Below are positions 16,866 to 25,017 of a stretch of DNA of 35,343 nucleotides, in pieces. Every line of letters starts with the position of its first letter. The stretch's first letter is position 1. The notes under the pieces were generated by a model. It had not been told where the DNA came from. It saw only the letters and a list, made by a program, of their open reading frames with translations, and ran no database searches. Both the position numbers and the translations under genes were made by a program. The stretch is from a virus. The stretch is taken from the IMG/VR virus record IMGVR_UViG_3300045988_157753. One strand, 5' to 3'.

Positions 16866-18551
16866 CTATAGCCGGATCGCGCCGATGGGCGGCAGCTTCA
16901 CCGGCTCGCCGGTGCCAAGCACCGCCTCCTCGGTCATAGATGCCGCCAGAGCCATGAACGGGTCCGTTTTCCGGCTCTTCGGTTCGATCTTGGCGTAGTA
17001 AAAATTTCCTGTATTTGTACCGGCACGTTGGCCGCTGCGCACTCTCTTGGTGTTGTTCACTCCCCAGCGCAGGGGTGGGTTGTCACCCCATGTGAACAGG
17101 TCGCGGTCAAAGCATTCCTGAATTACCGGGTCGACTTGCATAATGTCGCTGGGTCGAACCAACTTCACGCGGTTCTTGTCCCTGGCGTCAAAGCCGATGC
17201 GCCGCATGGCGTCGCTCACCAGCGTCCAGCGGAAGTGGTCCATTGCCAGCTTGACGATGTTGTACTTTAAGCCCATCTCCTTCAGGTAGTCCGCCAGGAG
17301 GTTGGGGTCAATACTCACATCGTCCACCACCGTCAGCTTTCCCATCTCCGCCCAAGCTCGCCACGGGGCGACGATGCGGGAGAGCGACCGGCTCTGCAGG
17401 CAGACCCACGAATGGTTGATGTCAAAGCGCTGCGCTCCGATGCGGAAGTGCAGATTGACGCTCGCCCAGTCGTTGATCTCCGCGTAGTCGAGGCCGGCCA
17501 CGCAGGACTTCCCGCGGAGATTCGGCAGCGGCCGGTTGGTCGCCTTGACCTTGGCATAGTCCGTTACGCTGATCTCCAGCTGGCCGGCGCGGATGCCCAT
17601 CCGCTTCGTCAGAAAGTCTCCGTTCTGTTCTGGGTTGACCAGCCAGTCCGCGTATTCCTCTTCGATCTCCTGACGCAGGTGCGGGACATAGGGCAGCGAC
17701 GGGTTCGCCATGAACCAGTTCTCCGGATCGTTGACCTGCTCCCGATTTTCAAGACAGCAGATGAACGGAAGATAGCCGCCCTCCGGCTCCGCTTCGTTCT
17801 CGAAGAGGATCCGCCGCCCCTGGGCTATGAAGTCGTCCAGCGGGCCATCAGACACGTCGCCGTTGGATGTGAACATCCCGATGCGCGGCTGTCCGACCTT
17901 ACCCAGACCGGTGACGAAAACCTTGTAGTTGTTGTAGTTCTCAAAGGCGTGGACTTCGTTAAATACAACTTTTCCGGAGCGCATACCGTCTCGCCCCTTT
18001 GGGTTGTTGGTGCGCCCCTTCATCACGCCCTTGTTCTTCCGGCCCTGCACCATCTCTTTGGTGTGGTAATAGTGCCGGTTGAGCTTCGACTCCCACTTGG
18101 GGGATTCGAGGACTTCGGAAAGATCCTTCACCGGCGTGACCGCCTGCTCCTCGTTGTTGGCGCACACGTCCACGTTGTAGTTCTTCACGGGATTGTAAGG
18201 GGAGATGGAGCACGCGCCATCAAAGGCGATGAAGCCGTCCTTTCCTGCGCCGCGCCCCACCATGCAGAGCAGCTTCTTCCACCGCGGCCGCCCGTCGGCG
18301 CGGTAGGTGCAGTCCCACAGCGCGAGGAGGAACTCCTCCCAAGGGAACAGCCGTTCATAGGGGAAATAGCGCAGCAGGCTCAGGTACCGGCGCAGCTGCT
18401 CTGTGTCCACATAAATGTCCTCCGTGTCGAACACGCGGCGGATCATCGCCACCAGCGCGTGCTGCTCTGGACAGGCGCGTGGATTATTGGACTCGACGAT
18501 CTCGATATAGCGCAGAACTTCCCCGGGGATCTCACAGCTCATCGTCATCAT
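16866..18551 (-). CDS. terL: Terminase large subunit
   Basis: 561 aa, Walker A-like VGRGAGKDGF; position before the portal; start among ATG 18551/18548/18542. Confidence 0.9.
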   Translation of the reverse strand: MMTMSCEIPGEVLRYIEIVESNNPRACPEQHALVAMIRRVFDTEDIYVDTEQLRRYLSLLRYFPYERLFPWEEFLLALWDCTYRADGRPRWKKLLCMVGRGAGKDGFIAFDGACSISPYNPVKNYNVDVCANNEEQAVTPVKDLSEVLESPKWESKLNRHYYHTKEMVQGRKNKGVMKGRTNNPKGRDGMRSGKVVFNEVHAFENYNNYKVFVTGLGKVGQPRIGMFTSNGDVSDGPLDDFIAQGRRILFENEAEPEGGYLPFICCLENREQVNDPENWFMANPSLPYVPHLRQEIEEEYADWLVNPEQNGDFLTKRMGIRAGQLEISVTDYAKVKATNRPLPNLRGKSCVAGLDYAEINDWASVNLHFRIGAQRFDINHSWVCLQSRSLSRIVAPWRAWAEMGKLTVVDDVSIDPNLLADYLKEMGLKYNIVKLAMDHFRWTLVSDAMRRIGFDARDKNRVKLVRPSDIMQVDPVIQECFDRDLFTWGDNPPLRWGVNNTKRVRSGQRAGTNTGNFYYAKIEPKSRKTDPFMALAASMTEEAVLGTGEPVKLPPIGAIRL

Positions 18552-19146
18552 CGCCCCGGGCGGCAGCCGCCAGAGCGTCCTCCTTAAAGCCCAGCGTGGT
18601 GAAGATCGCCAGCATCTGGCGGGAGACCTGGATCTCCAGCGACACGCTGCGGTTTTCCATCAGCCGTCCCCGGTCATCCGTGACGGTCAGCCCGCGCCGG
18701 GCGATGTCGTCCCGCAGCTCCTGCCGCCTCACCCAGAAGTCCATATATTCCTGCACCTTATCCCGGTACACATCACCGTCGAGATCCCTTTCAACCAGGT
18801 TTTGCAGCATCGACTGCCGGAGTTCCTTATAGGCGTCCGTCAGGCGGTAGTTCTTCCTCTTCTGCGGCGGCGCGTCATGGCACGCCCGCTGCGCCTCCAG
18901 ATGCCGCGCCATGGACACGTTCTTCTTCGCTGCGGCGACCTGCTCGCCGCGCAGAACAATGCGCCCCATCATAGCCAGCCGGTCAAACGCGCTCCGGAAG
19001 CCCTCGCCGTAGGTGTCCAAGCACCAAGCATTCAGAGCCGCCTCGTCGCAGCCAAACCAGCCACACAGCTCCTCCACGGAGCACTGCATACTGCACAAGC
19101 TCTCAAATTGCTTTCGGTCAAATTCACGCTGCCCGGTCACTACCAT
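18532..19146 (-). CDS. terS: Terminase small subunit (P27-like)
   Basis: Start ATG 19146 preceded by GTGAGGTG; 204 aa directly upstream of and overlapping terL; acidic C-terminal tail DDDDEL. Confidence 0.75.
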   Translation of the reverse strand: MVVTGQREFDRKQFESLCSMQCSVEELCGWFGCDEAALNAWCLDTYGEGFRSAFDRLAMMGRIVLRGEQVAAAKKNVSMARHLEAQRACHDAPPQKRKNYRLTDAYKELRQSMLQNLVERDLDGDVYRDKVQEYMDFWVRRQELRDDIARRGLTVTDDRGRLMENRSVSLEIQVSRQMLAIFTTLGFKEDALAAAARGDDDDEL

Positions 19147-19150
19147 CACC

Positions 19151-20485
19151 TCACTTAAACGGTTTGCCCCACAACTTTTCAACTTTTGCATACGTCCGTA
19201 AATACCTGCTGGGGAGCGTTTCCGGACTGAATCGCCCGAATAGGGTATCCACATCGAAGTAGCGCTCCAACGTGGCGACCCGGACTGCCGTTGACGCAGA
19301 CCAGAACTTACGAGACCGCGAAACTTTCATAATCGCGTCCGTGTCCGCAGATGACCCACGATGACAGATAGCCGACAGAATGACCGTGGGAAGAGATTCC
19401 GTTCCCATGCTTTCTACTGCCCAAAGGTTACGCCCTTGATAGATCAGGTTACCTTTAAGCCCAGCTCCAAGAACGCGCCCGATCTCTCCACGATAATTGC
19501 GGTAGCTCATAGGCTCACACGCCATGGGCGTGGCAGGCATAGCGCGGAACGGGGTACAGTGCAGAACGATAGACCAAGGCCTGTCTATTAATGCAGAATC
19601 CCTATCCGCTTGACCGATAACATCAACAATCTCATACCAGTCCGCCTCTGTCTCCGTCGGATACCCCACGATGCTGTATAGCTTAACCTGGTGCGGCTTG
19701 CCTTGATAGCGAAGCATTGCTCCCAAGAAGTCCAGCAGCACAGCCTTGGTAATTGGCTTATTGACCATCCGCCTAAGGCGCTCGCTCATTCCGTCAATAG
19801 AGGTCGTTCGTAGGCGCGAAAAATTTACTTCAGCAAGATTCTTGTGTAAGTCCAGCAACGCGCGTTCCTTCTCTGCAATCCCGCCAAACAGAGAATCCTG
19901 CATGTAGTAAAAGTTATCAGGGGAAACGAAGCGACGCTGCCAGGTGTAACCACAGAACATGCACCTATGATTGCAACCGATAGGTCCTTCACGGAAGTCG
20001 CGGGTCTCGCTTAGTGAAATCTTGTGAGGATACGGGCTGGAAGCCTGAGCAATCTTGTAAATACGATCCGGCGAGAATGTTTTACTGCACGCCACGCTCT
20101 CGTGCTCCCATCCTCCATCTCGCTCAATCCCGCGAACCAGCGGCACGATCAGATTCTCGCCACGACCAAAAATGAAGAAGTCGCCAAACGGCAGGAACGG
20201 CGCAATGTGGAGCAGACCCGCGCCGCCGATGACTACCTTGTAATTTCCCGGCTGCCACTTTGTTCGCTCCGAAATAAAGCTCCACCAATCGCAATCACTG
20301 GTTAAAGACACAAGCACCACATCGTAATTGTGAACCGTAGCCGCGCCCGCATACTCAACCTCATACCCGGCACGCTCCAGACAGTCCACAATGACACGAA
20401 GTCCGGCAAACTGACGCGTCTCCATGCACTCGTTCTTATAGTTGACTTTGGCATAAGCTTCTTGGACATAAGCACATATCTTCAT
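19151..20485 (-). CDS. Radical SAM enzyme with N-terminal B12-binding-like (Rossmann) domain
   Basis: GCNHRCMFCGY = CxxxCxxC cluster motif about 180 aa in; N-terminal VVLVSLTS...KVVIGGAG flavodoxin-like segment; ATGA overlap with the upstream ParB-like gene; AT-richer than its flanks. Confidence 0.85.
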   Translation of the reverse strand: MKICAYVQEAYAKVNYKNECMETRQFAGLRVIVDCLERAGYEVEYAGAATVHNYDVVLVSLTSDCDWWSFISERTKWQPGNYKVVIGGAGLLHIAPFLPFGDFFIFGRGENLIVPLVRGIERDGGWEHESVACSKTFSPDRIYKIAQASSPYPHKISLSETRDFREGPIGCNHRCMFCGYTWQRRFVSPDNFYYMQDSLFGGIAEKERALLDLHKNLAEVNFSRLRTTSIDGMSERLRRMVNKPITKAVLLDFLGAMLRYQGKPHQVKLYSIVGYPTETEADWYEIVDVIGQADRDSALIDRPWSIVLHCTPFRAMPATPMACEPMSYRNYRGEIGRVLGAGLKGNLIYQGRNLWAVESMGTESLPTVILSAICHRGSSADTDAIMKVSRSRKFWSASTAVRVATLERYFDVDTLFGRFSPETLPSRYLRTYAKVEKLWGKPFK

Positions 20486-20946
20486 GCGTCCACCTCAAAG
20501 GCAAAGCCGCACTTAGGACAGTGCAGCAGCTGACGGTTGCCGCCATCGGTTGGTTCGTCATCATCCAGATCAAGCGGAGATTTATCCGGCAAACCCCACT
20601 CGAAATCAAACGCCGACAGATCCAGCTCCGGCAGCTCGGCGGCCAGCAGGTCGAGATCCCACGGACTCTCGTTGGTCTTGTTGTCCACAAGACGAAGGGC
20701 ATTCACCTGCTCCGGCGTCAAATCATCGACGCAGACGCAGGGCACCTCAGCCATGCCCAGCTTCTCCGCCGCCAGGGCGCGGCAGTGACCAATGACGATC
20801 ACGCCGCCCCGGTCTACCACGACCGGCTGCACAAAGCCGAACTGGCGGATGCTCTCCGCCACGTTAGCCACCTGCGCGGCGTCATGCCTCTTGGCGTTGG
20901 CGCGATACGGCGTCAGCTCCACCAGCGGCCTGTTCTCGATTCGCAT
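20482..20946 (-). CDS. ParB N-terminal (ParB/Srx-fold) domain protein with C-terminal zinc ribbon
   Basis: LTPYRANAKRHD...SIRQFGFVQPVVV...VIVIGHCRALAAEKLG; C-terminal LLHCPKCGF; ATG 20946 preceded by GGGAGGTG. Confidence 0.8.
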   Translation of the reverse strand: MRIENRPLVELTPYRANAKRHDAAQVANVAESIRQFGFVQPVVVDRGGVIVIGHCRALAAEKLGMAEVPCVCVDDLTPEQVNALRLVDNKTNESPWDLDLLAAELPELDLSAFDFEWGLPDKSPLDLDDDEPTDGGNRQLLHCPKCGFAFEVDA

Positions 20947-20959
20947 AAAGTCACCTCCC

Positions 20960-20976
20960 GTGCCCGATTCGGACAC
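20960..20976. repeat. Copy C of dispersed 17-bp palindrome (plus strand GTGCCCGATTCGGACAC, exact reverse complement of copy E)
   Basis: Sits immediately 5' of the RBS of the ParB-like gene. Confidence 0.8.
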
Positions 20977-21287
20977 CGCGCCCGCCTCAGGCCAGCCAGC
21001 CTACGTCAATACCCCGCGCATCCAGCGCAGGCCTTCGGCTGACCAGCCTGAGACATTCTTCTGCGGCTTTGCGGGACGGGCGGACGAGCCGCCCGAACCG
21101 AGGAAAAAGGAGAAGAGTACTTCCGGGGCTGCCCGCCCCGCAAAACCGCAGTTTACTCTGGAATTGCCCGGCGATTCTCGCGCCCACGCGCAGCGCGGCG
21201 ACGCGCAGACGCGGAAATCGCTGGAATGTCCTGGACCCCCACGCGCAGCAACAAAGACGCGAGAGGCGTTTTTTCGAGGGGGGGGTG
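20977..21287. other. 310-nt non-coding tract between HNH and the packaging-proximal genes: candidate cos/packaging or late regulatory region
   Basis: No credible ORF; direct repeats CCCACGCGCAGC (21183-21194, 21238-21249) plus GACGCGCAG (21200-21208); GGGCGG/CCGCCC hairpin near 21078-21094; G8 run 21278-21285. Confidence 0.4.
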
Positions 21288-21635
21288 TCAATCCCACCGC
21301 TCCGGCGTCAGAGGCGGCGCAGACGGCGCGTATTGCCGCTGGCTATCCGGATGCAACTCCTCGTGACAACGCTTGCAGACGGCCTCCAGCTGCCGGGAAT
21401 CGCCATCGTAGACGGACAGCGCCAGGTCGGGACGATCGCGCAGATGCCTGACGTGATGGACGATACTGGCCTTGGAGTACACGCCGCGCCGCTTGCACTC
21501 CTGGCACTCGCAGTTATCAACCGCGAGCACCTCCCGGCGCAGCCGCCGCCACTCCGGCCAGGAGTAAAACTCATGCTCCGATCCGGCCTCGAGAAGCCCG
21601 CGCAGTTCCGCGAGCCTGCTTGCTGAAATTCCCAT
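21288..21635 (-). CDS. HNH endonuclease (packaging-associated type)
   Basis: CECQECKRRG...HHVRHL...CKRCHEELH; ATG 21635 preceded by GGAGGA. Confidence 0.85.
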   Translation of the reverse strand: MGISASRLAELRGLLEAGSEHEFYSWPEWRRLRREVLAVDNCECQECKRRGVYSKASIVHHVRHLRDRPDLALSVYDGDSRQLEAVCKRCHEELHPDSQRQYAPSAPPLTPERWD

Positions 21636-21736
21636 GCGTTCCTCCCGTCTTCGTCTCCGGCGTTCCGGCTCGCGGCTATCACCTCGCGGCAAAACAAAAA
21701 CGCCGGAGACCATGACGCAGCACCAACGTGTGGTGT

Positions 21737-21946
21737 CTAATCATGGGCTCCGGCGTTCAACGCTCCGGCCTCTTGCTCGATATGCAGGATGATCTCCGTT
21801 TTACAGTCCCGGCAGTACACAGGAAGCTCCGTGGCGGATGTGCCGGGCAGCACCCGCAGGAAGTGTCGATTGCGGTTGCACCTGGGACAGGTCAACCACC
21901 CATCGCTCCTTGGGGATATTGTACCGTATTCGGATGTGATACGCAA
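21737..21946 (-). CDS. Cysteine-rich KTR-type zinc-ribbon protein
   Basis: WLTCPRCNRNRHFLRVLPGTSATELPVYCRDCKTEIIL matches the CPxC..KTR-like..CxxC pattern; TTG start after AGGAGG. Confidence 0.65.
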   Translation of the reverse strand: MRITSEYGTISPRSDGWLTCPRCNRNRHFLRVLPGTSATELPVYCRDCKTEIILHIEQEAGALNAGAHD

Positions 21947-21976
21947 GGGGTTTTCCTCCTTTTCGTGATTTATTCA

Positions 21977-21985
21977 ACTATATCA
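21977..21985 (-). promoter_or_regulatory. Possible extended -10 promoter (TGaTATAGT) in the AT-rich gap before the KTR gene
   Basis: Minus strand reads cttgTGATATAGTtg; no good -35. Confidence 0.3.
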
Positions 21986-22002
21986 CAAGTTACATTTACT
22001 AT

Positions 22003-22791
22003 TTAGTACATACCAAGGCCGCCTTGATGCGGCATACGTTTCCCATCTATCACAGTCGGATGAAGAGGATCCTGCTCGATGTACCAGCCGTACTGGTAGT
22101 GGCCAAACCCGTTATCCACCGTATACCGGCCGCACACCCGGCAATCGTCCGGAATCTCAATGCGGCCCGAATCAGATCGGAAGTACTCAGGCGGCGGCAA
22201 CTGCCGCGCAAGACTGCGCGACGCCACCCACGTCCTGGCATCGATCGGAATGACAATGCCGTCGCTGCGCTCCTTGCAGTAGTATCTGGCAGTGCGCCGA
22301 TAGCTGTCAAATGCACCCAGCAGCAGGGGCTGCGACGAGATAATATACCCCTGTTTCCAGAGATCTTCCATAGTCATGGGCGGGAAGTCATTGTATCGCA
22401 CCGTAAGATGCATGTGATACCGATGATCCCCATGGCGCCCCTCGATAAGATAAACATAGTCAGGCGTCACACCATCATGCCACTTCTTCATCTGGTAAAG
22501 CAATCGGCGCCAACACAATCGGACCTCTGCGAAGCTGAGTGGCAGATGCGCCTCGTCAAAAGTCAGCGTGTAGCTCCATCCATCAAAGCCGAAAAGCGCC
22601 AGCAATAGCTCCAAGCGATCCATGCGCGTCCGGCAGACGCCGGAGTCCCGAGGCGGGCGGAGAATACGATTCTTCTCCGCCCGCTCGTAAGGGCTGTCAT
22701 ACTGGCTGAGTCGCGGACGTATGGCGCGCTGCTCCTTCACCAGCGGGCCGGCGCGCTGCCGCACGCAGATCCAGCGTCCTTCACCTTTCAT
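22003..22791 (-). CDS. HUH-superfamily rolling-circle Rep-like protein
   Basis: Motif 1-like SYTLTFD, motif 2 HGDHRYHMHLTV (H-U-H-U-U-U), motif 3-like TARYYCKE; start ATG 22791 (the ORF track's longer start is less likely). Confidence 0.55.
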   Translation of the reverse strand: MKGEGRWICVRQRAGPLVKEQRAIRPRLSQYDSPYERAEKNRILRPPRDSGVCRTRMDRLELLLALFGFDGWSYTLTFDEAHLPLSFAEVRLCWRRLLYQMKKWHDGVTPDYVYLIEGRHGDHRYHMHLTVRYNDFPPMTMEDLWKQGYIISSQPLLLGAFDSYRRTARYYCKERSDGIVIPIDARTWVASRSLARQLPPPEYFRSDSGRIEIPDDCRVCGRYTVDNGFGHYQYGWYIEQDPLHPTVIDGKRMPHQGGLGMY

Positions 22792-22996
22792 CACGTTTCT
22801 CCACATGAGTAGGGACTTCGGCAATAGCCGACGCGTGGGCGGACACCGCGGCGTTAACCGCCACATCCAGCGCCTCGCCGAAAGCATCCATCACGACCAC
22901 TGCCGTGGATATGGCTCCGTAGACCTTAGGCGAAACACGCGCAGCAGACTCATCCAGATACGCCCTCAAGACTCCTACCGACTCCATAATACTCAT
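22781..22996 (-). CDS. Hypothetical early protein
   Basis: 71 aa, ATG in TGATG junction with the upstream gene. Confidence 0.55.
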   Translation of the reverse strand: MSIMESVGVLRAYLDESAARVSPKVYGAISTAVVVMDAFGEALDVAVNAAVSAHASAIAEVPTHVEKRDER

Positions 22997-23265
22997 CACA
23001 CCAACTCCACCTCCACGTTGTATTCCTTCAGCATGCGCCGCACGCCGGCCCAGGTGACGTACCCCTCCGCCACGCACTCGGCGGCGTGGTTCAGCTCCGC
23101 GGCCAGCTGCTGTACGTCCTCCATCGGCGCGGCGTGCTTGTCGATCAGCACATACAGCATCAGCTCGATGCCGCGATTCAGACCCTCGGTGACGCCCTTT
23201 GCGTAGGCGGCCGCCACGTCGGCCTCTGTCCGAGGTACCCGCCGCGGGTTCACCTTAGCGCTCAT
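22996..23265 (-). CDS. Hypothetical early protein
   Basis: 89 aa, ATG 23265 preceded by GGAG. Confidence 0.55.
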   Translation of the reverse strand: MSAKVNPRRVPRTEADVAAAYAKGVTEGLNRGIELMLYVLIDKHAAPMEDVQQLAAELNHAAECVAEGYVTWAGVRRMLKEYNVEVELV

Positions 23266-23452
23266 CACGGTACTCCATGACGCTGCTGGGCCTGTCCTCT
23301 GCCAGCGCCTTCTCCAGCCATGCGATCGTTTTTCGCAGAATTGCGCATCCATGAACGCCGCAGTTGTGCTCATAGCCGCAGCCTACGCACGCCAGACTCC
23401 CGGTCTCCACCTTCAGCCGCCGCAGCGCGGCGATCAACTCGCGGTCACTCAT
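23255..23452 (-). CDS. Hypothetical Cys-rich small protein
   Basis: 65 aa, CVGCGYEHNCGVHGC; overlapping start/stop with neighbours. Confidence 0.55.
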   Translation of the reverse strand: MSDRELIAALRRLKVETGSLACVGCGYEHNCGVHGCAILRKTIAWLEKALAEDRPSSVMEYRDER

Positions 23453-23648
23453 TACAAAGCGCCTCGTTCACGCGGCGGCACCCCAAAACGGATTGAGACT
23501 TGCCGTCGGCGCCTCTCACCATGTCGACGATTCCCCAATATGGGCACCGTTTTCCGTAACAGTCCGAAAACGCCATCACGCGTCCGCCGTCATCACTCAC
23601 CAAAGTAGACGGGAGCCATGGACAGACCAGGTCGCTCTTCGCTATCAC
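23445..23648 (-). CDS. Hypothetical small protein
   Basis: 67 aa, GTG start in GTGA overlap, preceded by AAGGAGG. Confidence 0.55.
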   Translation of the reverse strand: MIAKSDLVCPWLPSTLVSDDGGRVMAFSDCYGKRCPYWGIVDMVRGADGKSQSVLGCRRVNEALCNE

Positions 23649-23875
23649 GTCGCTTCCTCCTTTTCGGCGGCGAAAACAGCACCGCCGCGAACGAATTTCT
23701 CAAATTCCTCCATACATGCAGGACAAAAATCGTAGCTCTTTCTCGACCAATACTTCTTATCCAGATCGCGATCGATCAGGATCAAAGCATTCGCCCTCTC
23801 CCCGTTCTTGAACTGCTGGCTCCCATCATAATGGTCGTAGAACTTGCCGCAGCGGTCACACTTTTTCGCTCGCAT
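23645..23875 (-). CDS. Zinc-ribbon small protein
   Basis: MRAKKCDRCGKFYD...DFCPACMEEF (two CxxC pairs); start ATG 23875. Confidence 0.6.
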   Translation of the reverse strand: MRAKKCDRCGKFYDHYDGSQQFKNGERANALILIDRDLDKKYWSRKSYDFCPACMEEFEKFVRGGAVFAAEKEEAT

Positions 23876-24102
23876 CACCCCACCCCCAGTGCTTGCTGCA
23901 AGATTGTGACGCACCGAGAAAGCTCCTCAAGACCTTCATTCGTCCGTTTGAATGCCCTCTTACACCGAAAAACTCTCAGCCAGTCCTCCATATCTTCTCG
24001 ATAAGAGCATTCAGTCACCCTCACGGCCTGAGCCGCCTCCTGGCAGTCGTTTCGCGGAAAACCGCAGGCCATCAGCAGCTTAACATATCGCTTCCGGGTC
24101 AT
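23875..24102 (-). CDS. Hypothetical small protein
   Basis: ATG 24102 in ATGA overlap, preceded by GAGGAGG. Confidence 0.55.
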   Translation of the reverse strand: MTRKRYVKLLMACGFPRNDCQEAAQAVRVTECSYREDMEDWLRVFRCKRAFKRTNEGLEELSRCVTILQQALGVG

Positions 24103-24548
24103 AACTTCGCCTCCTCTGGTTTGGCGGGCAACGGCATCCATGCGAGCACCCGTGCATCGCGACCGTTAGAAACTTCTCCCATCCAATGGCCGTTCCAAAA
24201 ATATCCGATGCCAAAATCTTCATACATGCAGTTAAAATTTCCATATCGATAATATTCATACCAGCATAAGACGGTTTTGCCAGCCTGAGGCAGGTATTCC
24301 GATGCAGATATCCACGTTCTTTGTTTATGCAGCACCGCGATCTCCTCGGCGTACCGGGCGCAGCGGTCTACCAGCTCCTCGATTTTGTCGGCGGCGTCCA
24401 TCACCATTCGATCACAGTCGCAGCCCGTGTATTCCTTTCCATCAAGCGTCTCGACCACACGATAGGCACACGTCGTGCAGGGTGGGGAAGACGTAGGTGC
24501 CTGAGATGAGCACCGCATTGCAGCCACCAGATCAGTCGTCATTACCAT
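24099..24548 (-). CDS. DUF551-like protein with N-terminal Cys cluster
   Basis: C-terminal WISASEYLPQAGKTVLCW...VLAWMPLPAKP is the DUF551 pattern; start ATG 24548 (24554 GTG or 24542 ATG possible). Confidence 0.65.
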   Translation of the reverse strand: MVMTTDLVAAMRCSSQAPTSSPPCTTCAYRVVETLDGKEYTGCDCDRMVMDAADKIEELVDRCARYAEEIAVLHKQRTWISASEYLPQAGKTVLCWYEYYRYGNFNCMYEDFGIGYFWNGHWMGEVSNGRDARVLAWMPLPAKPEEAKL

Positions 24549-25017
24549 CTGCACCCGCTCCTTTCTTCCGCTCCATCTTGTCCAACGCGGCGGACACCCC
24601 CCGCCAGATCGCCACCGGGAAGCGCTCCCGGTTCAGCATCCGCGCCAGCAGCTCCGCGCTGATCACCTTTTCGTCCACCTTGCCGCAGGCCGCTGCCAGC
24701 GGCGCCAGACTGTTCAGGCCATTCTTCTGCCGGTAGGCCGTCAGGCGCTCCAGCGTGTTGCGCTTCAGCTGCGCCGCCGCCGAGACCGGAGAGCCGGCCG
24801 CCGAGGCGTCTTCCGGCTGCTGCTTCCGCGTGGCCGGGGAGTTGGCGGCAACAGAGGGCGCCTCGGGCAGTTCCTCCGCAGCCGCCAAGGCGCGGCGGGC
24901 CAGCACGAGCATTTCAATCTTGTCAAAGCTGCCTGCGCCCATGCCGTTATTCAGGACGCCTCGCAGGTAGTTCGCCAGCTCGGCGCACTGCGCCTTGGTC
25001 AGATCAACTCTCGTCAT
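24532..25017 (-). CDS. Hypothetical early protein
   Basis: 161 aa, ATGA overlap with the upstream gene. Confidence 0.6.
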   Translation of the reverse strand: MTRVDLTKAQCAELANYLRGVLNNGMGAGSFDKIEMLVLARRALAAAEELPEAPSVAANSPATRKQQPEDASAAGSPVSAAAQLKRNTLERLTAYRQKNGLNSLAPLAAACGKVDEKVISAELLARMLNRERFPVAIWRGVSAALDKMERKKGAGADGNDD

